Below are positions 23,374-34,415 of a DNA stretch of 64,000 nucleotides, in pieces. Every line of letters begins with the position of its first letter. The first letter of the stretch is position 1. The DNA comes from Vulcanimicrobiota bacterium. Its GTDB lineage: Bacteria; Vulcanimicrobiota; Vulcanimicrobiia; Vulcanimicrobiales; Vulcanimicrobiaceae. Position numbers and translations under genes: made by a program. The notes below the pieces were generated by a model, which was not told where the DNA came from, made no database searches, and saw only the letters and a list, made by a program, of their open reading frames with translations. The stretch lies in contig OY970223.1 in the NCBI GenBank assembly GCA_963714015.1, forward strand, positions 2,336,001 through 2,400,000. Direction: 5' to 3'.

Positions 23374-24447
23374 ATGGCTGACGCAAAGCGCTACGTCCCC
23401 GAGCACGCGGCAACGATCAAAGTCATCGGCGTAGGCGGCGGCGGCTGCAACGCCGTGAACCGCATGATCGAAGCCGGCCTATCCGGCGTCGACTTCTTCG
23501 CGGTAAATTCAGACGTGCAAGCGTTGCGCAGCACGTTGACGGAAAACACGGTCCAGATAGGCAGCAATCTCACCCGCGGATTGGGCGCGGGCGCAAATCC
23601 TACGCTGGCGCGCGAAGCGGCTGAGGATTCGCGCGAGGATCTCGCTATGATCATCGAGGGCGCGGACCTGGTGTTCATTACTGCCGGCATGGGCGGCGGC
23701 ACGGGCACGGGGGCGGCTCCCGTCATCGCGGAGATTGCGCGCGAGAGCGGCGCCTTGACGGTCGCGGTAGTTACCAAGCCGTTCGCGTTCGAAGGCCGCA
23801 AACGCATGCAAGTCGCCGAGAACGGCATCACTGAATTGGAAGCCAAGGTGGACACGCTGATCACGATCCCGAACGAGCGGATTCTGCAGGTCATAGAAAA
23901 GCGCACGCCGCTCAATGAAGCATTCTCTTACGCAGACGACGTCCTGCGCCAGGGCATTCAGGGAATATCGGATCTCATCACGCAGCCCGGTTTGATCAAC
24001 CTCGACTTCGCGGACGTCAAGACGATCATGTCGGACGCGGGGAGCGCGATGATGGGCATCGGCGAAGGCACCGGCGAGCACCGTGCGGCGGACGCGGCGC
24101 AGAAAGCCATCGCATCGCCCCTACTGGAGACGACGATCGAAGGCGCGCGCGGCGTGATATTCAACATCACCGGCGGGCCCGACATGGCGATGTACGAAGT
24201 CAACGAAGCCGCCGAGATGATCAGCCGAGCCGTCGACAGCGACGCTCAGATCATTTTCGGTGCCGGCATCGATCCCAACATGACGGGTAAAGTGCGCGTT
24301 ACCGTGCTCGCGGCGGGTTTCGGGGGCGGTCATCAGTACCAGCGCGCGCGCAGCACGTTCAACTTGTCGGAATCGAAGATCGACGCGGTTGCGCCCCTGA
24401 ATATGGACGACATCGAAGTGCCGGCGTTCTTGCGGTATCGCGGTTGA
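23374..24447 (+). CDS. ftsZ: Cell division protein FtsZ
   Basis: [30 protein letters not shown]-terminal [16 protein letters not shown]. Confidence 0.98.
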   Translation: MADAKRYVPEHAATIKVIGVGGGGCNAVNRMIEAGLSGVDFFAVNSDVQALRSTLTENTVQIGSNLTRGLGAGANPTLAREAAEDSREDLAMIIEGADLVFITAGMGGGTGTGAAPVIAEIARESGALTVAVVTKPFAFEGRKRMQVAENGITELEAKVDTLITIPNERILQVIEKRTPLNEAFSYADDVLRQGIQGISDLITQPGLINLDFADVKTIMSDAGSAMMGIGEGTGEHRAADAAQKAIASPLLETTIEGARGVIFNITGGPDMAMYEVNEAAEMISRAVDSDAQIIFGAGIDPNMTGKVRVTVLAAGFGGGHQYQRARSTFNLSESKIDAVAPLNMDDIEVPAFLRYRG

Positions 24448-24488
24448 TCCGGCCCTAGGAGAGTATCCTAGGCTCGCGTACCGCGGAA

Positions 24489-24530
24489 AGATGGGAACGC
24501 TCCGGAGAGGCTTCCGGGGCGTTTCCATTT
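24489..24530 (+). terminator. Terminator-like hairpin after ftsZ
   Basis: ~18-bp stem with G.U pairs between convergent ftsZ and ettA. Confidence 0.6.
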
Positions 24531-24566
24531 GCGCTCGTACTTCGTGTGAAGAGTCGGGCTAGGCCC

Positions 24567-26235
24567 TTATTTCATGCTGAGCGGCCGGTAACGGATCCGG
24601 TGCGGACGGGCGGCTTCCTCGCCCAGCCGCGATACTTTATTTTCCTCGTACTCGCGATAATTGCCCTCGAAGAAGAAGACCTGCGAGTCCCCTTCGAACG
24701 CCATGATGTGCGTGGCGATGCGATCGAGGAACCAGCGGTCGTGACTGACCACCATTACGGTTCCGGCGAACTCGCCGAGCGCGTCTTCGAGCGCCCGCAG
24801 CGTCTCCACGTCCAGATCGTTCGAGGGTTCGTCGAGCAAAAGCACGTTCGCACCGCTGACCAGAGTCTTTGCCAAATGCAGCCGCGCCCGCTCGCCGCCG
24901 GAGAGCGTACCGACGAGCTTCTGCTGATCCGCCCCCTTGAAATTAAAACGTCCAAGATATGCGCGGGTAGGCATCTCGAATTTACCGGCAGCGATGACGT
25001 CTAGACCCCCGTTGACGTCTTCGAAGACGGTTTTCTCGTCGTGCAGCGCCTCACGGGACTGATCGACGATACCCAGCTTGACACTGGAACCGATGACGAT
25101 CGTGCCCGAGTCGGGTTGTTCTTTTCCCGCAATCATCCGGAACAGCGTCGTCTTTCCGGCGCCGTTGGGCCCGATGATTCCGACGATTGCGCCGGCCGGA
25201 ACGACGAAGCCGACGTCGTCCATCAATAGCCGGTCGCCGTAGCCTTTACTCACGTGCTCGAACGTAATGACCTGATTGCCCAAGCGTTCCGGCAGGGGAA
25301 TAAAGAGCTCGCGCGTCTCGTTACGGCGCTGATATTCGTACGTTGAGAGCTCGTCGAAACGTGAGATGCGGCTCTTGTTCTTGGTACCGCGGCCTTTGAC
25401 GCCCGAGCGGATCCATTCCAGTTCGCGCTGGAGCGTCTTGCGGCGAGCGTTTTCTGCGGCCTCCTCGCGTGCTAGGCGTTGTTCCTTTTGATCGAGCCAG
25501 GAACTGTAATTGCCCTTCCACGGAATACCGCGACCGCGATCCAATTCGAGTATCCATTCGGCGGCGTCCTCGAGAAAGTAACGATCGTGCGTTACGGCGA
25601 CGACGGTTCCGGGAAAGCGCTGCAGAAACTGTTCGAGCCACTCGACGCTCTCCGCGTCCAAATGATTTGTCGGTTCGTCCAGCAGCAGCATGTCCGGTTT
25701 CGAGAGCAGCAGCCGGCAAAGCGCGACGCGGCGCTTCTCGCCGCCCGAAAGCGGCCCGACTCGCGCATCCCACGGCGGCAAGCGAAGCGCATCGGCTGCC
25801 ATCTCGAGTCTGCTGATCCAAACTCTCGGCGTCAGCGGCGAAGAGCTGCGCTTCGAGAGCCGCCTGCTCTTCGGCGAGTTTGTCGAAATCGGCATCGGGA
25901 TCGCCGTAGGCGGCGTAGACAATTTCTAAACGATCACGCGCGGAAAGGACGTTACCGAAAGCTTCCTCGACCGTTTCGCGAACGCTCTTGCCGGGATCCA
26001 GCGGCGGCTCTTGCGGCAGGTATCCGATCTTCAGGTTTGGCGCAGGGATCGCTTCGCCTTCGATTTCAGTATCCGCGCCCGCCATGATTTTGAGCAGCGA
26101 TGACTTGCCTGCGCCGTTCAACCCCAAAATGCCGATCTTTGCGCCCGGAAAAAAACTGAGCGAGATGTCTTTGAGTATTTGCCGCTTCGGCGGAACGATT
26201 TTGCCGACGCGGATCATCGTGTAGACGTATTCCAC
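24567..26235 (-). CDS. ettA: Energy-dependent translational throttle, ABC-F ATPase (frameshift ~25810)
   Basis: [44 protein letters not shown], second ABC domain GPNGAGKT. Confidence 0.93.
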
Positions 26236-26320
26236 GAGCGCGGCTTTCGGCCAGCCGGGTGTGAGCGCCTGGCTGCACGCAAAAGGTTATCGTGCAGCGG
26301 TTCGCGCAACGCCCCGACTA

Positions 26321-27670
26321 ATGAAAGTCAACGCGATCCGGGCGCTCGTTGGGCTGCCGCTCGCGCTGCTTGTTGCGGCGCAGGCAGACGCTAAGCCGAT
26401 TAATCTTCATCAGCGGGCCGAAGTGGAATACGTCGAAGGATTGCGGTCGCACATCAAGCACGTCGTCGTGATCATCCAAGAAAACCGCAGCGTCGACAAC
26501 TTCTTTCACGGATTTCCAGGTGCCGATACGGTCGATGAAGGCATGAGCCATAACGGTCCGGTTCCGTTGCACCCCGTTAATCTCGACACTCCGGTCGACG
26601 TCGATCATCAGCACAAAGCGTGGGTCCAGGAGTACGACGACGGCCGCATGGACGGTTGGGACACGGTCGACACGCTGCCGCGCCAAGATCCGGATTTTCC
26701 GTACGCCTACGTTCCGCGCGATCAGCTCGAGCCTTATTGGGACATGGCGCTGCAGTATACGTTCGCCGATCGAATGTTTCAGTCGAATACCGGTCCTACG
26801 TTTCCGGCCCATCTGTATCTCATTTCCGGACAGTCGGACTGGACGTCGAACAATCCGAATCACATGGAGACCACGCAGTACGCGTGGGGTTGCGACTCGC
26901 CGCTCGACGCTCGCGTGAGCTGGATCGACGCCGACGGTCATGAGGTCTCGCCCGGCATCTACCCTTGTTTGAATTTTCCCACGCTTGCCGACATGGCGAT
27001 GTCGCAGGGCGTCACGTGGAGTTATTATGCCCCCGGATTGGACGATCTCGGAAACATCTGGTCGGCGTTCGACGCGATCCGCCACATCAGGTATTCGAAG
27101 TACTGGGGCAATGTAATCTCGCCCGAAACCACGGTCCTCAAAGACGCGGCGCGCGCGAATCTGTCCAATCTGGTTTGGGTCGTGCCCAACGCGCAGAATT
27201 CGGACCATCCGTTTCCGACGCAGCTCACCGGGCGCGATCTCACCGTTACGGGGGCCTATGGACCGGAATGGGTCGCGTCGGTGGTCAACGCTATCGGCAA
27301 GAGCCCGCTTTGGCGCTCGACCGCGATCATCGTGCTGTGGGACGATTGGGGCGGCTGGTACGATCACGTCGTGCCGCCGCAGCTCGACCGCATGGGATTG
27401 GGCTTTCGCGTACCCATGATCGTAATCTCGCCGTGGGCGAAGCGGCATTACGTATCACACGTCCGGCACGAATTCGGAAGCATCCTGCGCTTCGAGGAGC
27501 TGACGTTCGATCTGCCCTCGCTGCATACGACGGACGACCGTTCCGATGCCCTGCGCGACTGCTTCGACTTCGATCAAGCGCCGGAGCCTTTTCGTCAAAT
27601 TCCAACGATGCGGCAGGCGGCCTTCTTCGAAAACCAGCTGGTCTACGGACCTCCGGACACTGATTACTAG
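26321..27670 (+). CDS. Secreted phosphoesterase / phospholipase C family protein
   Basis: Signal peptide, [41 protein letters not shown]. Confidence 0.9.
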   Translation: MKVNAIRALVGLPLALLVAAQADAKPINLHQRAEVEYVEGLRSHIKHVVVIIQENRSVDNFFHGFPGADTVDEGMSHNGPVPLHPVNLDTPVDVDHQHKAWVQEYDDGRMDGWDTVDTLPRQDPDFPYAYVPRDQLEPYWDMALQYTFADRMFQSNTGPTFPAHLYLISGQSDWTSNNPNHMETTQYAWGCDSPLDARVSWIDADGHEVSPGIYPCLNFPTLADMAMSQGVTWSYYAPGLDDLGNIWSAFDAIRHIRYSKYWGNVISPETTVLKDAARANLSNLVWVVPNAQNSDHPFPTQLTGRDLTVTGAYGPEWVASVVNAIGKSPLWRSTAIIVLWDDWGGWYDHVVPPQLDRMGLGFRVPMIVISPWAKRHYVSHVRHEFGSILRFEELTFDLPSLHTTDDRSDALRDCFDFDQAPEPFRQIPTMRQAAFFENQLVYGPPDTDY

Positions 27671-27676
27671 CGTTCC

Positions 27677-28921
27677 TCAATCGCGTGAGTCGCGGATGAC
27701 CTCGAGCGGCACTGCAATAACGGTGCCGCCGCGACTGCCGATGATCAACGTCTGTCCGTCGACCACCGGCGAACCGACGTTGAACGGCGTGCCTTCGTCG
27801 ACGTCGCCGATTACCGCGCCGGTGCGCGCATTCAGCGCCCACAAATATCCGCCTAAATCGCCGAAGTAGATCGTTCCGTCGACGTCGACGATGCCTCCGA
27901 GGATCTCGCCGTGCGTTTGCGTCTTCCAGAGCAGCGATCCAGTGCCGGCGTCCAGCGCGTGCATGTACGGCGCGACTGAACTGCCGCAGTACATAATGCC
28001 GTACTCGAGCAGCGGAATCGCGGCTTCGTTGCGGCGAGGCAGCGAGCCCCGCTCCAAGTAGGTGTCCCACAATCGTTTTCCATTGAGCGGATCGATGCCG
28101 AACGCGCGCTCTACCGAAAAGCGATCGCTTTGGCTGGGGACGGATGCGTACGGCGGCGCGGCGTAGTCGCAGAAAACGGCGCGGTCGTCACCCACCGCCG
28201 GACAATCGCCGAAGCCTGAAGCGATCGGCGAGAACAACACTTTGTGCACGACCGATCCGTCTTTCGCATTGATGACCCAAAGCGCGTTCGTGTCCACGCC
28301 GAGGGTGACGAAGCGTCCCTCGCCGATCGGCAGCGCGGCCGTCATCGAGGCGATAGAATGCAGGTCGCGCGAATACAGCACGCGCCCGCTCTGCGGATCG
28401 ACGCCGTAGATGCTGCCCGCGCCGTTGTGATGTACCAGCACGCCGTCGATAATCGCGCCGGTCGGCATGCCGCTTCCCGGCAGGGGAACGCGCCAGCGCA
28501 GCGCGCCGGTGTGCCGATCGAAACCCAGCAGCGCGTTGTCCGTGCTCCCGACATGGATGGGATGCGACGGAGTCGACGCCGACGGGCTGGTTTCGTCACC
28601 CTCGCCTTCGATGACCAAGTCGCCGTCGACGAGCGGCGCCGACATGAGCGGCTTGGAAACGTGCGCGGTCCAATGAATCCGCCCGTTCTTTGGATCCATT
28701 GCGAATAGATTGCCGGCGTTGTCGCCGGCGTACAGCACGCCGTCGACGATCGTCGGGCTCGAGGAGAGGGCTGCGCCGGTATGCGTGCGCCACGAAACGT
28801 CCAAGGTTCCCCTCAGCACTGCATTGTTGCTATTGTGAAGACGGAACTGCAGCCAGGAACCGGCCGGCGTCGCGGGCGCCGCCGCAACGAGCGTCAGCGC
28901 GGCAAGAAGAACAGCGCGCAC
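27677..28921 (-). CDS. Exported PQQ-like beta-propeller repeat protein
   Basis: Signal peptide; repeated ALDxxTGxxxW motifs. Confidence 0.85.
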   Translation of the reverse strand: MRAVLLAALTLVAAAPATPAGSWLQFRLHNSNNAVLRGTLDVSWRTHTGAALSSSPTIVDGVLYAGDNAGNLFAMDPKNGRIHWTAHVSKPLMSAPLVDGDLVIEGEGDETSPSASTPSHPIHVGSTDNALLGFDRHTGALRWRVPLPGSGMPTGAIIDGVLVHHNGAGSIYGVDPQSGRVLYSRDLHSIASMTAALPIGEGRFVTLGVDTNALWVINAKDGSVVHKVLFSPIASGFGDCPAVGDDRAVFCDYAAPPYASVPSQSDRFSVERAFGIDPLNGKRLWDTYLERGSLPRRNEAAIPLLEYGIMYCGSSVAPYMHALDAGTGSLLWKTQTHGEILGGIVDVDGTIYFGDLGGYLWALNARTGAVIGDVDEGTPFNVGSPVVDGQTLIIGSRGGTVIAVPLEVIRDSRD

Positions 28922-28930
28922 GAAGTTCTG

Positions 28931-28956
28931 CTACCCGCTTGGCCGCGGCATTTCAC
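28931..28956 (-). promoter_or_regulatory. Candidate SigB/SigF-type promoter
   Basis: GTGA-N16-GGGTAG, 9 nt before the GTG start; no SD visible. Confidence 0.4.
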
Positions 28957-29582
28957 CAGACGTGACGGGAAATCAGGAAAGGCAAATAGCGAACGACGAG
29001 CGCGCAGACCAAACAAAGCCAGGCCCCGCCGAGCAGTGTTCCGCCGGCGACGTCGGTCAGATAATGCGCCCCGAGCGCAAGTCTCGACCACATAATCCCG
29101 AGCGCCCAACATACGAACCATGCAATCAGAACAGCCTTAACCGGGACTGAAAGTCCGGCGTATGCCGCGACCAAGGCCCAGCCGATGAAGAATACTACGG
29201 CGGTTGACGAGTGCCCGCTGGGATAGGAATGTCCCGCGTCCAGCCCCACAATCCAATAATCCGGCCGCACTCGCGCGAAGACCGCTTTGAAAAGTTCGGC
29301 CGCACCTTGGCAACCGAGCTGCGAGAGCGCCATAGCGGCCGGAATCCACAACGGCTTGTGCAGCAAGAAGAAGACCGCGAAGGCGATAATCACGGCCACC
29401 GTGAGGGCGCGGGAGCGGCCGCTGATCGTAAACACGCGTGCGATCCCGGTCGCATGCGCGCGCAGCCGTCTCGACAACACGTCCAAACGTCCCGGAGAAC
29501 GGTGCGCAACCCGCGCGCCCAGTGCTAAGAACATTGCGAAAAGTACCGCGGCCGCCACGAACAGTTGCGTGGGTGTGGTCAT
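28953..29582 (-). CDS. PAP2 family phosphatase
   Basis: KxxxxRxRP, SYPSGH, SRLALGAHYLTDV. Confidence 0.92.
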   Translation of the reverse strand: MTTPTQLFVAAAVLFAMFLALGARVAHRSPGRLDVLSRRLRAHATGIARVFTISGRSRALTVAVIIAFAVFFLLHKPLWIPAAMALSQLGCQGAAELFKAVFARVRPDYWIVGLDAGHSYPSGHSSTAVVFFIGWALVAAYAGLSVPVKAVLIAWFVCWALGIMWSRLALGAHYLTDVAGGTLLGGAWLCLVCALVVRYLPFLISRHVW

Positions 29583-30469
29583 GTGAGCGGGTGAAAGTCT
29601 TGCGGAACGAGCACGCGCAGGGCCCGAGGGAGTACTTTGAATTTCGCCGGCGTCTTGCCCAAAGCGTGACCGTCGATGTTGAGCGGCTGCCGAGGCTTGG
29701 TTTTGATAGTAATTTTCGGGGCTGAGAAGTAGTGCGCCGTTTCGAGTTTCGTATGCTCCCCTCGCAGCAGCGCGGCATTCGTCTCGAGGGCGTCAAACAG
29801 CGTTTTACCGGCCGCCGCGAAAAACGCGAGATCGCCCGTGCGCAGCGTCGCCTGCGGTGTGAGCGGCTGCCAGCCGAAGTATCTTCCGCTGGCTACGATT
29901 GCCTGATGCGTCGTAATCGTCAAGCGGTTGTGCTTCCACTTTACGTGCATTTCGAACGGCCGGTCGCGCAAGAACGAGTCGATTGCGGCAACGCCGTAGG
30001 CAATGGGACCGATGAGTTTTTTCAAACCCTTCGGCGTCTTGTTTGCAGCATCGGCGATGATGCCGACGGTTGCGAAATTCGCAAAGCGCGTGCCGTTGAC
30101 GACGCCGACGTCGACGCGGATCTCTTTGCCGTGCACGATTGTTTCGATCGCCGCTTCGACGTCATCCTTGATCCCCAAACTGAACGCGAAGCTGTTCCCC
30201 GTACCCGCCGGCACGACCGCAAGCGCGCTCTTCGATTTTGCCAGCACGTCGACCGCTGCCGTTTGCGTGCCGTCTCCGCCGATCACGACGATGCACTCCG
30301 TGCCGGAGGCCACGGCTTGGCGCAAACGCGCGCAAAGCTCCTTCCTGCGGCGAACGATGTGAACTTCCTCAATTTTTACATTGCGTCGGGGAAGTTCGTC
30401 GGCCAGACGTTTGTAATATGCAAGTCCGTTTCGCGAACCCAGGCGGCAAACAATCGTTACTCTTCGCAC
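29579..30469 (-). CDS. Diacylglycerol/lipid kinase family (YegS/BmrU-like)
   Basis: GGDGT, PAGTGNSFA, NIDG; GTG start at 30469 chosen over the longer ORF. Confidence 0.88.
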   Translation of the reverse strand: MRRVTIVCRLGSRNGLAYYKRLADELPRRNVKIEEVHIVRRRKELCARLRQAVASGTECIVVIGGDGTQTAAVDVLAKSKSALAVVPAGTGNSFAFSLGIKDDVEAAIETIVHGKEIRVDVGVVNGTRFANFATVGIIADAANKTPKGLKKLIGPIAYGVAAIDSFLRDRPFEMHVKWKHNRLTITTHQAIVASGRYFGWQPLTPQATLRTGDLAFFAAAGKTLFDALETNAALLRGEHTKLETAHYFSAPKITIKTKPRQPLNIDGHALGKTPAKFKVLPRALRVLVPQDFHPLT

Positions 30470-30649
30470 GTAAGGGTCATTCCACGAACCGGCCCAAATT
30501 ACACGAAAAATAGACATTAAGAGAACGTTTCCGGTTTGTGTTCGACATATTGACACGTGTGGTAAAACGGTGATTGTCGGCTTGGAATGGGCGCGCATGC
30601 TTTATCAGGCCGCCGCATTATTATTCTTCGATCTCACAAAGGACTGGGT

Positions 30650-32125
30650 GTGTTCGCAACGGACGGCAACGCAATTTCCAACACGGACTTATCGGGCATC
30701 GTGTTAGAGCCCGATGCTCTTCGGCGTATCCCGCGTTCCCTCGCGCTGGGGCACGACATTCTCTCCTTGGCCAGCGACGGGAACCAAATTACCATCGCGC
30801 TTCCCGACGGCGCGGCCGGCGATGCCATCGATCGCGTCCGCTTGGCGACGGGAATGCACGTCAAGGCACTCACTGCTTCCCGCGAAGTTATCCGCGCTAA
30901 ACTGCAGGCTGCGTATTCGCCGGATGCTTCACAGCCGGCATTCCGGGAAACGGCGAGCTCGGTCGAAGCGCCCGCGGTTCGAGAGCTGGACGCCGTGCTG
31001 CAATCGGCGCTGGCGGCCGGGGCATCCGACGTGCACATCGAACCGGTCCGCGGCGGCGGCCGGATTCGGCGCCGCGTGGACGGCATGCTTCACGAATGCA
31101 AGACGCTCCCACCGGAACTCTATAATCAGCTCGTATCGCGCATCAAACTGCTGGCCGGCATGGACATCGCGGATCGGCGTCAACCCCAAGACGGACGCTA
31201 TGCCGTCGAAGTACCCGGCGGCACGGTCGACGCGCGCATCAGCTCGATGCCGACTACGCTGGGCGAGAAGATCGTCGTGCGGCTGCTCGATCATTCGAAG
31301 ACGATTCCCACCATCGAGCAGCTCGGCGTGCCCGAGCGTTACTTGCAGCGGTTCCGCCGCCTCGTTCAGGCGCCGCACGGATTCATCGTCGTAACCGGTC
31401 CCACGGGCAGCGGAAAGACGACGACGCTTTATTCCGCGATGTCGGAGCGCGACATCACGACGGAGAACCTCTGCAGCGTCGAAGATCCCGTCGAAGTGTC
31501 GATACCCGGCGTTGCTCAGGTTCAGATCAATGCCCGAGCCGGCGTGACCTTCGCATCGGCGGTACGCGCGTTTCTACGTCAGGACCCAAACGTCATCATG
31601 GTAGGCGAGATGCGGGACGTCGAAACGGCAGCGGTCGCCTCCGCAGCAGCTCTGAGCGGGCAGCTCGTAATGACGACGCTGCACAGCAACGATGCGCCTA
31701 CGGCGATCGATCGCCTAGCGGAGCTCGGCGTGGCGCGGCATACTTTGGCATCCGGCCTCACACTGGTCTTGGCGCAGCGATTGCTGCGGGTGCTCTGCGT
31801 CCATTGCCGCGTACCTTTTACCGTGGGAGACCGGCTCGCCAAAGCTTTTTCAACAGAGGCCGGGCTCAGGGCTTATCGCAGTGAGGGATGCAGCCGATGC
31901 TCGGGCACCGGCTATTCGGGCCGGACCGCGATATTCGAGTGCATCTTCGTCGACGCCGAAATTCGAGAAATGATTGCGCGCGGCGACTCCAGCGTGGCCA
32001 TCGCGACTTCTGCGCGCGAACGCGGATACCAACCGCTTGGCCTTGCCGGATTGCGCCGTGTTCTTGGCGGAGAAACCACGTTTGAAGAGCTGCGCCGCGT
32101 GCTGGTCATGGATTCCGCCGAATGA
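30650..32125 (+). CDS. pilB: Type IV pilus extension ATPase (PilB/GspE)
   Basis: ASDVHIEP, RRQPQDGR, GPTGSGKTTT, EDPVE, RQDPNVIMVGEMRD, CxxC...CxxC zinc motif. Confidence 0.92.
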   Translation: MFATDGNAISNTDLSGIVLEPDALRRIPRSLALGHDILSLASDGNQITIALPDGAAGDAIDRVRLATGMHVKALTASREVIRAKLQAAYSPDASQPAFRETASSVEAPAVRELDAVLQSALAAGASDVHIEPVRGGGRIRRRVDGMLHECKTLPPELYNQLVSRIKLLAGMDIADRRQPQDGRYAVEVPGGTVDARISSMPTTLGEKIVVRLLDHSKTIPTIEQLGVPERYLQRFRRLVQAPHGFIVVTGPTGSGKTTTLYSAMSERDITTENLCSVEDPVEVSIPGVAQVQINARAGVTFASAVRAFLRQDPNVIMVGEMRDVETAAVASAAALSGQLVMTTLHSNDAPTAIDRLAELGVARHTLASGLTLVLAQRLLRVLCVHCRVPFTVGDRLAKAFSTEAGLRAYRSEGCSRCSGTGYSGRTAIFECIFVDAEIREMIARGDSSVAIATSARERGYQPLGLAGLRRVLGGETTFEELRRVLVMDSAE

Positions 32126-33204
32126 GCGCCGCTCTTGCATCCGTACGGCTTGAAGAAGTGCTCAGGCTTGCCCGCGAGCGAGGCGCATCGGACGTGCACC
32201 TCTGCGCCGGAATGACGCCGGTTATGCGCGTCGACGGTGCGCTCCAGGATCAGGACACCGTAACCCTCTCCTCGGCCGAAATCTCCGAGATCGTTCAGAC
32301 GGTTCTGACCCCCGAGGAGCACCTAAGACTCGTCGAGACCGGCGACCTCACGGCGAGTCTGAGAAACGATTCGAACGGCACGCTTCGGATACACGTTTAC
32401 CTCACGGCTTGCGGCCCTACGGTTGCCATCCGGCTGCTGCCGCATCACGTTCCGGCGCTCGAAACGCTCGCGCTGCCGCGTTCGTTTTGCTCGTTCGCAA
32501 GCCGCGCGAACGGAATCGTATTGGTTACCGGACCGACCGGCAGCGGAAAATCCACAGCGGTAGCGGCGCTGATCGATCGCATCAATCGCACGCAGGCCAA
32601 GCACATCGTTACCATCGAGGATCCGATAGAGTACGAGCACCGGTCCGACAGATCGTTCGTGACGCAACGTCAGGTGACGCGTGACGTCCGGTCTTTCGGC
32701 GAGGCATTGTCCGGAGCACTTCGCAGCGATCCCGACGTCATTGTGCTGGGAGAGCTTAGGGAATCTGCAACGATGCTGGCAGCCCTGAACGCCGCAGAGA
32801 CCGGACATTTGGTCTTTGCGACTCTGCATACGGGAGATGCTCCGCAAACGATCGATCGAATCGTCGGATCGTTCGGCGGGGACGCGCAAGAACAGGTCCG
32901 CATTCAGCTTGCTCAGACGCTTATCGGCATCGCCTGCCTGCGTCTCATTCCGCGCGCGGCCGCGCCGGGACGCGTCTGTGCCGCCGAATTGCTGATCGCC
33001 AACGACGCCGTCCGCAGCCTCATTCGGGACGGGAAGACGCACCAACTGCGGAACGTTATCTCAGCCGGCCGTCAAATGGGGATGCAAACACTCGAAGCAC
33101 ACATCTCCGAGTTGCTGGCTCGTCGAGAGATTACTTTTGAAGCGGCACAGGCGTCCACGGAACGTCCCGACGAGGTACGTTCCGTAGCGGCAGGTCTGCG
33201 CTGA
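32122..33204 (+). CDS. pilT: Type IV pilus retraction ATPase
   Basis: GASDVHL, GPTGSGKST, TIEDPIE, AETGHLVFATLHT, AVRSLIRDGK (AIRNLIRE-type motif). Confidence 0.92.
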   Translation: MSAALASVRLEEVLRLARERGASDVHLCAGMTPVMRVDGALQDQDTVTLSSAEISEIVQTVLTPEEHLRLVETGDLTASLRNDSNGTLRIHVYLTACGPTVAIRLLPHHVPALETLALPRSFCSFASRANGIVLVTGPTGSGKSTAVAALIDRINRTQAKHIVTIEDPIEYEHRSDRSFVTQRQVTRDVRSFGEALSGALRSDPDVIVLGELRESATMLAALNAAETGHLVFATLHTGDAPQTIDRIVGSFGGDAQEQVRIQLAQTLIGIACLRLIPRAAAPGRVCAAELLIANDAVRSLIRDGKTHQLRNVISAGRQMGMQTLEAHISELLARREITFEAAQASTERPDEVRSVAAGLR

Positions 33205-34415
33205 TGCTCTACTACTACACGGCTAGAACCGCCGCGGGGCGGTTCGTAAAGGGTTCACTCGAATCGCAGACCGCTGCATCGGCGGTCGCCGCGCTTCGAT
33301 CTCGGACGCTGTTCGTCACGTCACTGCACGGCACAGGCTCGCTCGGTGGCTCGCTGTCCGCTCTGCTGCAGTTGGCTCCGGTCCGGCACGGAAGCCTCGT
33401 AACGTTCTTCCGATCCTTTGCGACGCTCGTGGGCGCCGGAGTCTCAATCAAGAAGTCGTTGGACGTAACGATCGCGCAATGCGCGGACGCGCGCCTGCGC
33501 GAGGCGCTTTGCGCGGTTGCGGCCGACATCGAATCCGGTATCGCGCTGAGCGATGCGCTGGCGCGTCATCCGAACGAATTTTCAAAACTTCACGTCGCTT
33601 CCGTCCGGGCGGGCGAGCTCGGCGGCGCGCTCGACGAAGTCTTGGAACGGCTGGCCGCCGTTCTCGAGCGGGACCGAACCGCTCGCAAACGCGTGGGTTC
33701 GGCTCTGGCGTATCCCGCCGTGGTGTGCATCGCGGCCGTCGGCTTGATTCTGTTCTTGCTGACCACGATCGTTCCGGTGTTTAGTGCGATGTACGGGCAG
33801 ATGCGTGTGCCGCTGCCGCCTGCAACCTCTGCGTTGATAAACGTCGGCGAGTGGATTCATAACAGCTGGATGCTCGGGGCTTTGATAGTCGTCCCTGCAG
33901 CAGCCGGAGGCGCGGTGTGCCTGCGTTCTTCGCCAACACTCGTTTCAGCTTTGGAACGCTTGCTGTTCCATGTTCCTTACGTCGGAGCGATACGCAGAAA
34001 AGCGTCGGCGAGCCGTTTCGCCCGTCTGCTTGGGACGCTGCTGCGCTCGGGCGTGGGGATCGTGGAAGCGCTCGAAGTGGTGGCGCAAAGCGTCGCCAGC
34101 TCGCCGCATGCCGATGATTTGCAAAAAGTGCGGCAGGCACTTCATGAAGGGTCGAGCCTGAGCAAGCCGTTGGAAGACTCGCATTTGTTCGAGCCGATAC
34201 TCGTTCAAATGATCGCCGTAGGCGAAGAAACCGGCGCGCTCGACGGCATGCTGCTGAAAATCGCGGATTACTACGACGTCGACGTAGAGACCGCGCTCAG
34301 CACGCTGGGGGCCGTCTTGGAGCCGGCCATGATACTGCTGCTGGGAGGCGCCGTGGCGTTCATCGTCTCCGCGATTTTCATCCCGCTCTACACGCTCATA
34401 GGCAACATCAAATGA
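33204..34415 (+). CDS. pilC: Pilus platform protein (PilC/GspF)
   Basis: Two GspF repeats: AGELGGALDEVL...SALAYP and VGEETGALD...LEP. Confidence 0.92.
   Translation: MLYYYTARTAAGRFVKGSLESQTAASAVAALRSRTLFVTSLHGTGSLGGSLSALLQLAPVRHGSLVTFFRSFATLVGAGVSIKKSLDVTIAQCADARLREALCAVAADIESGIALSDALARHPNEFSKLHVASVRAGELGGALDEVLERLAAVLERDRTARKRVGSALAYPAVVCIAAVGLILFLLTTIVPVFSAMYGQMRVPLPPATSALINVGEWIHNSWMLGALIVVPAAAGGAVCLRSSPTLVSALERLLFHVPYVGAIRRKASASRFARLLGTLLRSGVGIVEALEVVAQSVASSPHADDLQKVRQALHEGSSLSKPLEDSHLFEPILVQMIAVGEETGALDGMLLKIADYYDVDVETALSTLGAVLEPAMILLLGGAVAFIVSAIFIPLYTLIGNIK

Noticed and set aside
22639..24447. 602-aa FtsZ with a long N-terminal extension
   Set aside because: The extension overlaps ftsA out of frame; the RBS supports the ATG at 23374.
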